This document shows positions 10,901 through 22,800 of a DNA stretch of 64,000 bases, piece after piece. The DNA lies in the NCBI RefSeq assembly GCF_009914755.1, contig NC_060932.1, one strand, 5' to 3'. The position numbers and the translations under genes were made by a program. The notes beneath the pieces are model-generated. The model worked only from the letters and a program-made list of their open reading frames with translations, was not told the origin of the DNA and did no database searches. Source of the DNA: the human T2T-CHM13v2.0 reference genome, Homo sapiens. Every line of letters begins with the position of its first letter. Position 1 is the stretch's first letter.

Positions 10901-13900
10901 TATCTTCCCATAAAAACGACATAGAAGCTATCTCAGGAACTTGTTTATGATGCATCTAATCAACTAACAGTGTTGAACCTTTCTACTGACAGAGCAGTTT
11001 GAAACACTCTTTTTTTGGAATCTGCAAGTGGATATTTGGATCGCTTTGAGGATTTCGTTGGAAACGGGATGCAATATAAAACGTACACAGCAGCATACTC
11101 AGAAAATACTTTGCCATATTTCCATTCAAGTCACAGAGTGGAACATTCCCATTCATAGAGCAGGTTGGAAACACTCTTTTTGGAGTATCTGGAAGTGGAC
11201 ATTTGGAGCGCTTTCTGAACTATGGTGAAAAAGGAAATATCTTCCAATGAAAACAAGACAGAAGCATTCTGAGAAACTTATTTGTGATGTGTGTCCTCAA
11301 CAAACGGACTTGAACCTTTCGTTTCATGCAGTACTTCTGGAACACTCTTTTTGAAGATTCTGCATGCGGATATTTGGATAGCTTTGAGGATTTCGTTGGA
11401 AACGGTCTTACATGTAAAAATTAGACAGCAGCATTCTCAGAAACTTCTTTGTGGTGTCTGCATTCAAGTCACAGAATTGAACTTCCCCTCACATAGAGCA
11501 GTTGTGCAGCACTCTATTTGTAGTATCTGGAAGTGGACATTTGGAGGGCTTTGTAGCCTATCTGGAAAAAGGAAATATCTTCCCATGAATGCGAGATAGA
11601 AGTAATCTGAGAAACATGTTTATGCTGTATCTACTCAACTAACTGTGCTGAACATTTCTATTGATAGAGCAGTTTTGAGACACTCTTCTTTTGGAATCTG
11701 CAAGTGGATATTTGGATAGATTTGAGGATTTCGTTGGAAACGGGATTATATATAAAAAGTAGACAGCAGCATTCTCAGAAACTTCTTTGTGATGTTTGCA
11801 TCCAGCTCTCAGAGTTGAACATTCCCTTTCATAGAGTAGGTTTGAAACCCTCTTTTTATAGTGTCTGGAAGCGGGCATTTGGAGCGCTTTCAGGCCTATG
11901 CTTAAAATAGGAAATATCTACCTACAGAAACTAGACAGAAGCATTCTGAGAATCACGTTTGTGATGTGGGTACTCAACTAACAGTGTTGATCTATTCTTT
12001 TGATACAGCAGTTTTGAACCACACTTTTTGTAGAATCTGCAAGAGGATATTTGGATAGCTGTGAGGATTTCGTTGGAAACGGGAATGTCTTCAAAGAAAA
12101 TCTAGACAGAAGCATTCTCAGAAATACCTTCGTGATGTTTGCAATCAAGTCACAGAGTTGAACCTTCCGTTTCATAGAGCAGGTTGGAAACACTCTTATT
12201 GTAGTATCTGGAAGTGAACATTTGGAGCGCTTTCAGGCCTATGGTGAAAAAGGAAATATCTTCCCATAAAAACGATATAGAAGCTATCTCAGGAACTTGT
12301 TTATGATGCATCTAATCAACTAACAGTGTTGAACCTTTGTACTGACAGAGCAGTTTGAAACACTCTTTTTTTGGAATCTGCAAGTGGATATTTGGATCGC
12401 TTTGAGGATTTCGTTGGAAACGGGATGCAATATAAAACGTACACAGCAGCATACTCAGAAAATACTTTGCCATATTTCCATTCATGTCACAGAGTGGAAC
12501 ATTCCCATTCATAGAGCAGGTTGGAAACACTCTTTTTGGAGTATCTGGAAGTGGACATTTGGAGCGCTTTCTGAACTATGGTGAAAAAGGAAATATCTTC
12601 CAATGAAAACAAGACAGAAGCATTCTGAGAAACTTATTTGTGATGTGTGTCCTCAACAAACGGACTTGAACCTTTCGTTTCATGCAGTACTTCTGGAACA
12701 CTCTTTTTGAAGATTCTGCATGCGGATATTTGGATAGCTTTGAGGATTTCGTTGGAAACGGGCTTACATGTAAAAATTAGACAGCAGCATTCTCAGAAAC
12801 TTCTTTGTGGTGTCTGCATTCAAGTCACAGAATTGAACTTCCCCTCACATAGAGCAGTTGTGCAGCACTCTATTTGTAGTATCTGGAAGTGGACATTTGG
12901 AGGGCTTTGTAGCCTATCTGGAAAAAGGAAATATCTTCCCATGAATGCGAGATAGAAGTAATCTCAGAAACATGTTTATGCTGTATCTACTCAACTAACT
13001 GTGCTGAACATTTCTATTGATAGAGCAGTTTTGAGACACTCTTCTTTTGGAATCTGCAAGTGGATATTTGGATAGATTTGAGGATTTCGTTGGAAACGGG
13101 ATTATATATCAAAAGTAGACAGCAGCATTCTCAGAAACTTCTTTGTGATGTTTGCATCCAGCTCTCAGAGTTGAACATTCCCTTTCATAGAGTAGGTTTG
13201 AAACCCTCTTTTTATAGTGTCTGGAAGCGGGCATTTGGAGCGCTTTCAGGCCTATGCTTAAAATAGGAAATATCTACCTACAGAAACTAGACAGAAGCAT
13301 TCTGAGAATCACGTTTGTGATGTGGGTACTCAACTAACAGTGTTGATCCATTCTTTTGATACAGCAGTTTTGAACCACACTTTTTGTAGAATCTGCAAGA
13401 GGATATTTGGATAGCTGTGAGGATTTCGTTGGAAACGGGAATGTCTTCAAAGAAAATCTAGACAGAAGCATTCTCAGAAACACCTTCGTGATGTTTGCAA
13501 TCAAGTCACAGAGTTGAACCTTCCGTTTCATAGAGCAGGTTGGAAACACTCTTATTGTAGTATCTGGAAGTGGACATTTGGAGCGCTTTCAGGCCTATGG
13601 TGAAAAAGGAAATATCTTCCCATAAAAACGACATAGAAGCTATCTCAGGAACTTGTTTATGATGCATCTAATCAACTAACAGTGTTGAACCTTTGTACTG
13701 ACAGAGCAGTTTGAAACACTCTTTTTTTGGAATCTGCAAGTGGATATTTGGATCGCTTTGAGGATTTCGTTGGAAACGGGATGCAATATAAAACGTACAC
13801 AGCAGCATACTCAGAAAATACTTTGCCATATTTCCATTCAAGTCACAGAGTGGAACATTCCCATTCATAGAGCAGGTTGGAAACACTCTTTTTGGAATAT

Positions 13901-16857
13901 CTGGAAGTGGACATTTGGAGCGCTTTCTGAACTATGGTGAAAAAGGAAATATCTTCCAATGAAAACAAGACAGAAGCATTCTGAGAAACTTATTTGTGAT
14001 GTGTGTCCTCAACAAACGGACTTGAACCTTTCGTTTCATGCAGTACTTCTGGAACACTCTTTTTGAAGATTCTGCATGCGGATATTTGGATAGCTTTGAG
14101 GATTTCGTTGGAAACGGGCTTACATGTAAAAATTAGACAGCAGCATTCTCAGAAACTTCTTTGTGGTGTCTGCATTCAAGTCACAGAATTGAACTTCCCC
14201 TCACATAGAGCAGTTGTGCAGCACTCTATTTGTAGTATCTGGAAGTGGACATTTGGAGGGCTTTGTAGCCTATGTGGAAAAAGGAAATATCTTCCCATGA
14301 ATGCGAGATAGAAGTAATCTCAGAAACATGTTTATGCTGTATCTACTCAACTAACTGTGCTGAACATTTCTATTGATAGAGCAGTTTTGAGACACTCTTC
14401 TTTTGGAATCTGCAAGTGGATATTTGGATAGATTTGAGGATTTCGTTGGAAACGGGATTATATATAAAAAGTAGCAGCATTCTCAGAAACTTCTTTGTGA
14501 TGTTTGCATCCAGCTCTCAGAGTTGAACATTCCCTTTCATAGAGTAGGTTTGAAACCCTCTTTTTATAGTGTCTGGAAGCGGGCATTTGGAGCGCTTTCA
14601 GGCCTATGCTGAAAAAGGAAATATCTACCTATAGAAACTAGACAGAAGCATTCTGAGAATCACGTTTGTGATGTGGGTACTCAACTAACAGTGTTGATCC
14701 ATTCTTTTGATACAGCAGTTTTGAACCACACTTTTTGTAGAATCTGCAAGTGGATATTTGGATAGCTGTGAGGATTTCGTTGGAAACGGGAATGTCTTCA
14801 TAGAAAATTTAGACAGAAGCATTCTCAGAACCTTGATTGTGATGTGTGTTCTCCACTAACAGAGTTGAACCTTTCTTTTGACAGAACTGTTCTGAAACAT
14901 TCTTTTTATAGAATCTGGAAGTGGATATTTGGAAAGCTTTGAGGATTTCGTTGGAAACGGGAATATCTTCAAATCAAATCTAGCCAGAAGCATTCTAAGA
15001 AACATCTTAGGGATGTTTACATTCAAGTCACAGAGTTGAACATTCCCTTTCACAGAGCAGGTTTGAAACAATCTTCTCGTACTATCTGGCAGTGGACATT
15101 TTGAGCTCCTTGGGGCCTATGCTGAAAAAGGAAATATCTTCCGACAAAAACTAGACAGAAGCATTCGCAGAATCACGTTTGTGATGTGTGCACTCAACTG
15201 TCAGAATTGAACCTTGGTTTGGACAGAGCACTTTTGAAACACTCTTTTTGTAGAATCTGCAGGTGGATATTTGGCTAGCTTTGAGGATTTCGTTGGAAAC
15301 GGTAATGTCTTCAAAGAAAATCTAGACAGAAGCATTCTCAGAAACACCTTCGTGATGTTTGCAATCAAGTCACAGAGTTGAACCTTCCGTTTCATAGAGC
15401 AGGTTGGAAACACTCTTTTTGTAGTATCTGGAAGTGGACATTTGGAGGGCTTTGTAGCCTATCTGGAAAAAGGAAATATCTTCCCATGAATGCGAGATAG
15501 AAGTAATCTCAGAAACATGTTTATGCTGTATCTACTCAACTAACTGTGCTGAACATTTCTATTGATAGAGCAGTTTTGAGACACTCTTCTTTTGGAATCT
15601 GCAAGTGGATATTTGGATAGATTTGAGGATTTCGTTGGAAACGGGATTATATATCAAAAGTAGACAGCAGCATTCTCAGAAACTTCTTTGTGATGTTTGC
15701 ATCCAGCTCTCAGAGTTGAACATTCCCTTTCATAGAGTAGGTTTGAAACCCTCTTTTTATAGTGTCTGGAAGCGGGCATTTGGAGCGCTTTCGGGCCTAT
15801 GCTGAAAAAGGAAATATCTACCTATAGAAACTAGACAGAAGCATTCTGAGAATCACGTTTGTGATGTGGGTACTCAACTAACAGTGTTGATCCATTCTTT
15901 TGATACAGCAGTTTTGAACCACACTTTTTGTAGAATCTGCAAGAGGATATTTGGATAGCTGTGAGGATTTCGTTGGAAACGGGAATGTCTTCAAAGAAAA
16001 TCTAGACAGAAGCATTCTCAGAAACACCTTCGTGATGTTTGCAATCAAGTCACAGAGTTGAACCTTCCGTTTCATAGAGCAGGTTGGAAACACTCTTATT
16101 GTAGTATCTGGAAGTGGACATTTGGAGCGCTTTCAGGCCTATGGTGAAAAAGGAAATATCTTCCCATAAAAACGACATAGAAGCTATCTCAGGAACTTTT
16201 TTATGATGCATCTAATCAACTAACAGTGTTGAACCTTTGTACTGACAGAGCAGTTTGAAACACTCTTTTTTTGGAATCTGCAAGTGGATATTTGGATCGC
16301 TTTGAGGATTTCGTTGGAAACGGGATGCAATATAAAACGTACACAGCAGCATACTCAGAAAATACTTTGCCATATTTCCATTCAAGTCACAGAGTGGAAC
16401 ATTCCCATTCATAGAGCAGGTTGGAAACCCTCTTTTTGGAGTATCTGGAAGTGGACATTTGGAGCGCTTTCTGAACTATGGTGAAAAAGGAAATATCTTC
16501 CAATGAAAACAAGACAGAAGCATTCTGAGAAACTTATTTGTGATGTGTGTCCTCAACAAACGGACTTGAACCTTTCGTTTCATGCAGTACTTCTGGAACA
16601 CTCTTTTTGAAGATTCTGCATGCGGATATTTGGATAGCTTTGAGGATTTCGTTGGAAACGGGCTTACATGTAAAAATTAGACAGCAGCATTCTCAGAAAC
16701 TTCTTTGTGGTGTCTGCATTCAAGTCACAGAATTGAACATCCCCTCACATAGAGCAGTTGTGCAGCACTCTATTTGTAGTATCTGGAAGTGGACATTTGG
16801 AGGGCTTTGTAGCCTATCTGGAAAAAGGAAATATCTTCCCATGAATGCGAGATAGAA

Positions 16858-19800
16858 GTAATCTCAGAAACATGTTTATGCTGTATCTACTCAACTAACT
16901 GTGCTGAACATTTCTATTGATAGAGCAGTTTTGAGACACTCTTCTTTTGGAATCTGCAAGTGGATATTTGGATAGATTTGAGGATTTCGTTGGAAACGGG
17001 ATTATATATAAAAAGTAGACAGCAGCATTCTCAGAAACTTCTTTGTGATGTTTGCATCCAGCTCTCAGAGTTGAACATTCCCTTTCATAGAGTAGGTTTG
17101 AAACCCTCTTTTTATAGTGTCTGGAAGCGGGCATTTGGAGCGCTTTCAGGCCTATGCTGAAAAAGGAAATATCTACCTATAGAAACTAGACAGAAGCATT
17201 CTGAGAATCACGTTTGTGATGTGGGTACTCAACTAACAGTGTTGATCCATTCTTTTGATACAGCAGTTTTGAACCACACTTTTTGTAGAATCTGCAAGTG
17301 GATATTTGGATAGCTGTGAGGATTTCGTTGGAAACGGGAATGTCTTCATAGAAAATTTAGACAGAAGCATTCTCAGAACCTTGATTGTGATGTGTGTTCT
17401 CCACTAACAGAGTTGAACCTTTCTTTTGACAGAACTGTTCTGAAACATTCTTTTTATAGAATCTGGAAGTGGATATTTGGAAAGCTTTGAGGATTTCGTT
17501 GGAAACGGGAATATCTTCAAATCAAATCTAGCCAGAAGCATTCTAAGAAACATCTTAGGGATGTTTACATTCAAGTCACAGAGTTGAACATTCCCTTTCA
17601 CAGAGCAGGTTTGAAACAATCTTCTCGTACTATCTGGCAGTGGACATTTTGAGCTCCTTGGGGCCTATGCTGAAAAAGGAAATATCTTCCGACAAAAACT
17701 AGACAGAAGCATTCGCAGAATCACGTTTGTGATGTGTGCACTCAACTGTCAGAATTGAACCTTGGTTTGGACAGAGCACTTTTGAAACACTCTTTTTGTA
17801 GAATCTGCAGGTGGATATTTGGCTAGCTTTGAGGATTTCGTTGGAAACGGTAATGTCTTCAAAGAAAATCTAGACAGAAGCATTCTCAGAAACACCTTCG
17901 TGATGTTTGCAATCAAGTCACAGAGTTGAACCTTCCGTTTCATAGAGCAGGTTGGAAACACTCTTTTTGTAGTATCTGGAAGTGGACATTTGGAGGGCTT
18001 TGTAGCCTATCTGGAAAAAGGAAATATCTTCCCATGAATGCGAGATAGAAGTAATCTCAGAAACATGTTTATGCTGTATCTACTCAACTAACTGTGCTGA
18101 ACATTTCTATTAATAGAGCAGTTTTGAGACACTCTTCTTTTGGAATCTGCAAGTGGATATTTGGAGAGATTTGAGGATTTCGTTGGAAACGGGATTATAT
18201 ATAAAAAGTAGACAGCAGCATTCTCAGAAACTTCTTTGTGATGTTTGCATCCAGCTCTCAGAGTTGAACATTCCCTTTCATAGAGTAGGTTTGAAACCCT
18301 CTTTTTATAGTGTCTGGAAGCGGGCATTTGGAGCGCTTTCAGACCTATGCTTAAAATAGGAAATATCTACCTACAGAAACTAGACAGAAGCATTCTGAGA
18401 ATCTCGTTTGTGATGTGGGTACTCAACTAACAGTGTTGATCCATTCTTTTGATACAGCAGTTTTGAACCACACTTTTTGTAGAATCTGCAAGAGGATATT
18501 TGGATAGCTGTGAGGATTTCGTTGGAAACGGGAATGTCTTCAAAGAAAATCTAGACAGAAACATTCTCAGAAACACCTTCGTGATGTTTGCAATCAAGTC
18601 ACAGAGTTGAACCTTCCGTTTCATAGAGCAGGTTGGAAACACTCTTATTGTAGTATCTGGAAGTGGACATTTGGAGCGCTTTCAGGCCTATGGTGAAAAA
18701 GGAAATATCTTCCCATAAAAACGACATAGAAGCTATCTCAGGAACTTGTTTATGAGGCATCTAATCAACTAACAGTGTTGAACCTTTGTACTGACAGAGC
18801 AGTTTGAAACACTCTTTTTTTGGAATCTGCAAGTGGATATTTGGATCGCTTTGAGGATTTCGTTGGAAACGGGATGCAATATAAAACGTACACAGCAGCA
18901 TACTCAGAAAATTCTTTGCCATATTTCCATTCAAGTCACAGAGTGGAACATTCCCATTCATAGAGCAGGTTGGAAACACTCTTTTTGGAGTATCTGGAAG
19001 TGGACATTTGGAGCGCTTTCTGAACTATGGTGAAAAAGGAAATATCTTCCAATGAAAACAAGACAGAAGCATTCTGAGAAACTTATTTGTGATGTGTGTC
19101 CTCAACAAACGGACTTGAACCTTTCGTTTCATGCAGTACTTCTGGAACACTCTTTTTGAAGATTCTGCATGCGGATATTTGGATAGCTTTGAGGATTTCG
19201 TTGGAAACGGGCTTACATGTAAAAATTAGACAGCAGCATTCTCAGAAACTTCTTTGTGGTGTCTGCATTCAAGTCACAGAATTGAACATCCCCTCACATA
19301 GAGCAGTTGTGCAGCACTCTATTTGTAGTATCTGGAAGTGGACATTTGGAGGGCTTTGTAGCCTATGTGGAAAAAGGAAATATCTTCCCATGAATGCGAG
19401 ATAGAAGTAATCTCAGAAACATGTTTATGCTGTATCTACTCAACTAACTGTGCTGAACATTTCTATTGATAGAGCAGTTTTGAGACACTCTTCTTTTGGA
19501 ATCTGCAAGTGGATATTTGGATAGATTTGAGGATTTCGTTGGAAACGGGATTATATATAAAAAGTAGACAGCAGCATTCTCAGAAACTTCTTTGTGATGT
19601 TTGCATCCAGCTCTCAGAGTTGAACATTCCCTTTCATAGAGTAGGTTTGAAACCCTCTTTTTATAGTGTCTGGAAGCGGGCATTTGGAGCGCTTTCAGGC
19701 CTATGCTGAAAAAGGAAATATCTACCTATAGAAACTAGACAGAAGTATTCTGAGAATCACGTTTGTGATGTGGGTACTCAACTAACAGTGTTGATCCATT

Positions 19801-22800
19801 CTTTTGATACAGCAGTTTTGAACCACACTTTTTGTAGAATCTGCAAGTGGATATTTGGATAGCTGTGAGGATTTCGTTGGAAACGGGAATGTCTTCATAG
19901 AAAATTTAGACAGAAGCATTCTCAGAACCTTGATTGTGATGTGTGTTCTCCACTAACAGAGTTGAACCTTTCTTTTGACAGAACTGTTCTGAAACATTCT
20001 TTTTATAGAATCTGGAAGTGGATATTTGGAAAGCTTTGAGGATTTCGTTGGAAACGGGAATATCTTCAAATCAAATCTAGCCAGAAGCATTCTAAGAAAC
20101 ATCTTAGGGATGTTTACATTCAAGTCACAGAGTTGAACATTCCCTTTCACAGAGCAGGTTTGAAACAATCTTCTCGTACTATCTGGCAGTGGACATTTTG
20201 AGCTCCTTGGGGCCTATGCTGAAAAAGGAAATATCTTCCGACAAAAACTAGACAGAAGCATTCGCAGAATCACGTTTGTGATGTGTGCACTCAACTGTCA
20301 GAATTGAACCTTGGTTTGGACAGAGCACTTTTGAAACACTCTTTTTGTAGAATCTGCAGGTGGATATTTGGCTAGCTTTGAGGATTTCGTTGGAAACGGT
20401 AATGTCTTCAAAGAAAATCTAGACAGAAGCATTCTCAGAAACACCTTCGTGATGTTTGCAATCAAGTCACAGAGTTGAACCTTCCGTTTCATAGAGCAGG
20501 TTGGAAACACTCTTTTTGTAGTATCTGGAAGTGGACATTTGGAGGGCTTTGTAGCCTATGTGGAAAAAGGAAATATCTTCCCATGAATGCGAGATAGAAG
20601 TAATCTCAGAAACATGTTTATGCTGTATCTACTCAACTAACTGTGCTGAACATTTCTATTGATAGAGCAGTTTTGAGACACTCTTCTTTTGGAATCTGCA
20701 AGTGGATATTTGGAGAGATTTGAGGATTTCGTTGGAAACGGGATTATATATAAAAAGTAGACAGCAGCATTCTCAGAAACTTCTTTGTGATGTTTGCATC
20801 CAGCTCTCAGAGTTGAACATTCCCTTTCATAGAGTAGGTTTGAAACCCTCTTTTTATAGTGTCTGGAAGCGGGCATTTGGAGCGCTTTCAGGCCTATGCT
20901 TAAAATAGGAAATATCTACCTACAGAAACTAGACAGAAGCATTCTGAGAATCTCGTTTGTGATGTGGGTACTCAACTAACAGTGTTGATCCATTCTTTTG
21001 ATACAGCAGTTTTGAACCACACTTTTTGTAGAATCTGCAAGAGGATATTTGGATAGCTGTGAGGATTTCGTTGGAAACGGGAATGTCTTCAAAGAAAATC
21101 TAGACAGAAACATTCTCAGAAACACCTTCGTGATGTTTGCAATCAAGTCACAGAGTTGAACCTTCCGTTTCATAGAGCAGGTTGGAAACACTCTTATTGT
21201 AGTATCTGGAAGTGGACATTTGGAGCGCTTTCAGGCCTATGGTGAAAAAGGAAATATCTTCCCATAAAAACGACATAGAAGCTATCTCAGGAACTTGTTT
21301 ATGAGGCATCTAATCAACTAACAGTGTTGAACCTTTGTACTGACAGAGCAGTTTGAAACACTCTTTTTTTGGAATCTGCAAGTGGATATTTGGATCGCTT
21401 TGAGGATTTCGTTGGAAACGGGATGCAATATAAAACGTACACAGCAGCATACTCAGAAAATACTTTGCCATATTTCCATTCAAGTCACAGAGTGGAACAT
21501 TCCCATTCATAGAGCAGGTTGGAAACACTCTTTTTGGAGTATCTGGAAGTGGACATTTGGAGCGCTTTCTGAACTATGGTGAAAAAGGAAATATCTTCCA
21601 ATGAAAACAAGACAGAAGCATTCTGAGAAACTTATTTGTGATGTGTGTCCTCAACAAACGGACTTGAACCTTTCGTTTCATGCAGTACTTCTGGAACACT
21701 CTTTTTGAAGATTCTGCATGCGGATATTTGGATAGCTTTGAGGATTTCGTTGGAAACGGGCTTACATGTAAAAATTAGACAGCAGCATTCTCAGAAACTT
21801 CTTTGTGGTGTCTGCATTCAAGTCACAGAATTGAACTTCCCCTCACATAGAGCAGTTGTGCAGCACTCTATTTGTAGTATCTGGAAGTGGACATTTGGAG
21901 GGCTTTGTAGCCTATCTGGAAAAAGGAAATATCTTCCCATGAATGCGAGATAGAAGTAATCTCAGAAACATGTTTATGCTGTATCTACTCAACTAACTGT
22001 GCTGAACATTTCTATTGATAGAGCAGTTTTGAGACACTCTTCTTTTGGAATCTGCAAGTGGATATTTGGATAGATTTGAGGATTTCGTTGGAAACGGGAT
22101 TATATATAAAAAGTAGACAGCAGCATTCTCAGAAACTTCTTTGTGATGTTTGCATCCAGCTCTCAGAGTTGAACATTCCCTTTCATAGAGTAGGTTTGAA
22201 ACCCTCTTTTTATAGTGTCTGGAAGCGGGCATTTGGAGCGCTTTCAGGCCTATGCTGAAAAAGGAAATATCTACCTATAGAAACTAGACAGAAGCATTCT
22301 GAGAATCACGTTTGTGATGTGGGTACTCAACTAACAGTGTTGATCCATTCTTTTGATACAGCAGTTTTGAACCACACTTTTTGTAGAATCTGCAAGTGGA
22401 TATTTGGATAGCTGTGAGGATTTCGTTGGAAACGGGAATGTCTTCATAGAAAATTTAGACAGAAGCATTCTCAGAACCTTGATTGTGATGTGTGTTCTCC
22501 ACTAACAGAGTTGAACCTTTCTTTTGACAGAACTGTTCTGAAACATTCTTTTTATAGAATCTGGAAGTGGATATTTGGAAAGCTTTGAGGATTTCGTTGG
22601 AAACGGGAATATCTTCAAATCAAATCTAGCCAGAAGCATTCTAAGAAACATCTTAGGGATGTTTACATTCAAGTCACAGAGTTGAACATTCCCTTTCACA
22701 GAGCAGGTTTGAAACAATCTTCTCGTACTATCTGGCAGTGGACATTTTGAGCTCCTTGGGGCCTATGCTGAAAAAGGAAATATCTTCCGACAAAAACTAG

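Larger units (their letters stand above)
1..16857 (+). repeat. Irregular 8-mer-rich block: (7)-8-8-7-8-8-7-8-8-8-8-7-8
   Basis: Unit spacings are read from the recurring GTAATCT motif and ORF starts. All 8-mers here carry GAATCACG and CAGAAGCATT alleles. Confidence 0.92.
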
